Shown: in pieces, positions 62,051-64,000 of the stretch | Position numbering within the stretch: position 1 is the stretch's first letter | Layout of the letters: every line of letters begins with the position of its first letter | Source: Mobula hypostoma | Lineage: Eukaryota | Assembly: GCF_963921235.1 (NCBI RefSeq) | Contig: NC_086097.1 | Coordinates: 64,172,001 to 64,236,000 of the forward strand | DNA length: 64,000 nt | Direction: 5' to 3' | The notes under the pieces: model-generated | The model's database searches: none | What the model saw: only the letters and a program-made list of their open reading frames with translations | Told to the model about the DNA's origin: nothing | Translations under genes and position numbers: made by a program

Positions 62051-62412
62051 TATTCCACTCCACTGAACATTAGGAAAAGTGCTTCAAATTTAACTTGAAA
62101 TGACGTTTTGAATTGAACTATTGGATAATTTTCCCCTCGATGCCCACTGACTTCACTTTTATTCTCATTGTCGCCAAACACAGCCAAAAATTGTCTTGAC
62201 GTCAAGGGCAGTCTGTCCGAAATCAAGTCTCAAGCTGTGTAGTCCTAGTAAAGCCTAAATTAGGGATTAGCGAGGAGGTTAATGGGAAATTCTGCTTCAC
62301 AGATTCTAATACTTTGCTGATGATAGGGAGTGATTTAACAGGTTAATTTATTTCACAGAATTTGTTTCTTTTCCCTCAGAAATAATATACACTAAATGAC
62401 CTTTTATCAATA

Positions 62413-63794
62413 CAGGTTTTCCCCGCCATCTGAAGGTAGAGTGTTTCTATGAAACGGTTTGTAAGCCGGAATGTCGTAAAGCGAAGAAGCAATTACCATT
62501 TATTTATATGGGAAAATTTTGTGAGCGTTCGCAGACCCAAAAATAATCTACCAAATCATGCCAAATAACACATAAAACCTAAAATAACAGTAACATATAG
62601 TAAAAGCAGGAATGACATGATAAATACACAGCCTATATAAAGTAGAAATACTTTTCTACAATCATTGCCGGCACTGTTCTCTGTAGCGAAAATCTCACGC
62701 AAGCGCTGTTAGCAAAAACACTCTCTCCAGTAACCTTTAAGCTATGAAGCTGTCAAATCATACCAAATAACACATAAAAATACACAGCCTATATAAAGTA
62801 GAAATAATATATGTACAGTGTAGTATCACTTACGGGAATCCAGAAGACAGCTTGCCGAGCACACTGATGATGGTGTGTCAGACTGAGTCGTCGGAGTCTG
62901 GCTGGTGCAGTGGTCCCACCCTCCAGGCTGCTGACTGATACCGATCTGCGAAGCATGCAGGGGTACAGTGATAGCCGGGAGGCACACAGCACATCTTTAA
63001 GAAAAAAGCCGAAATAAACATGATAATTAATTAGGTGCCGCCCGGCTCCGCGAATCGGTATCTGTCCACGGCCTGGGGGTTGGGGTGGTGGGACACTGGG
63101 ATGTCTTCTCATCATCGTCTGTTTCCATTAGGGCAGGCAGCTCATCTTCTCCTATGACTGCCCGCCTTGATGTCGAAGGTCGAAGTTCGCCGTCTGCTGT
63201 GGCTCATGTGGAAGGCTTGAAAAACGACAGTACTGTATGCTTGACTGCTGAGCCTCACGCATTTTTCTATCATACAGTTGTTTGTAAACCATCTTGCAAA
63301 TATGCCCTAAACCAATGTACCCTTCCAAAATTAAAGTTGTACTTTATCATTGCAGCGAAAATCTCACGCAGTTGCTTCACATTCAGTTCCAGGACAACTT
63401 AACTTTCGCTACTGCATTCGGTTTCGATCGTTATCCTTTCCTCTTCTAATTGCATCAGCTCTTCATCTATCAGTTCTTGGTCATGAGATGCAAAACCTCT
63501 ACAACCTCATCTTCGTCAACTTCCACAAGCCAAACTCACTTTGTCCTTACTTCGTTCACCATGATCGAAACGCTTCATTATGTCTAGTTTTACGCCAAGT
63601 GTAACACCCTAATGAGCTCTTTCATGCTTTTCCAATACTATAGAACTCATCTTGCAAACGGCTGCTCAGGGCACGCGCTGCTTTTTTTCGTAACAGTGAG
63701 AATACCTTCTGTTAGCGAAAACAGGGAACTAATGTAGGTCTTTCGTAACGGTGAGGTTTCGTAAAGCGAACGTTTGAAAAGCAGGGGACACCTG
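62413..63794 (-). mobile_element. Tigger/pogo-like DNA transposon deletion derivative
   Basis: TA|CAGGTTTTCCCCGC ... GCAGGGGACACCTG imperfect TIRs and subterminal TCGTAA repeats. Minus-strand remnants ELIDEELMQLEEE and AQQSSILSFFKP. Internal duplication of ~62551-62650 at ~62753-62805. Confidence 0.78.
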
Positions 63795-64000
63795 TGATAG
63801 AAATAGTGATTGTATTTTGTAAGAAAGTAACTTCTCCAGTGGATTAACAATTAGATTATATTTCTGAAGCATAATGTGATGCAATGTAAATAAACAACTT
63901 CAAAAACCAATTATAATTTTGTTTATGCACCATGGAATGGATTTTACTGGCTATGAAATGCAACACTTACACTTTTCTGAACAAAAAAAACACTTGTCAT

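Noticed and set aside
46526..64000. Further upstream RALGAPA1 coding exons
   Set aside because: I could not find the expected preceding exon (recalled as ..GPLFDGAIV..LIPLYQN..). It probably lies beyond the window, though I may have missed a short exon.

Overview
Vertebrate genomic DNA, most likely a cartilaginous fish (ray/shark). This is inferred from CR1 LINEs, HE1-like V-SINEs and Penelope-like elements. Two host genes sit tail-to-tail. One is an intronless INSM2 (SNAG domain plus five zinc fingers, 13981-15414, +). The other is the 3' end of RALGAPA1 on the minus strand: coding exons 46401-46525 and 22044-22192, a stop-containing micro-exon at 45788-45817 and a candidate in-frame 54-nt exon at 45480-45533. 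Upstream of INSM2 is a CpG-retaining region with candidate enhancers, interrupted by an old Gypsy LTR element (4775-8888) and two related G-rich minisatellites. The RALGAPA1 introns contain many decayed, often nested CR1, RTE, Penelope, Tc1, Tigger and SINE copies. The best leads are a near-consensus REST/RE1 site inside the INSM2 coding sequence, a micro-exon switch for the RALGAPA1 C-terminus, minimal hammerhead ribozyme motifs in Penelope tails (including inverted insertions) and a Tc1-like element with unusually long D-to-E spacing. I cannot support a wholly new biological system from sequence alone. All family assignments are by eye and from recalled homologues; no searches were run, and most TE boundaries are approximate.
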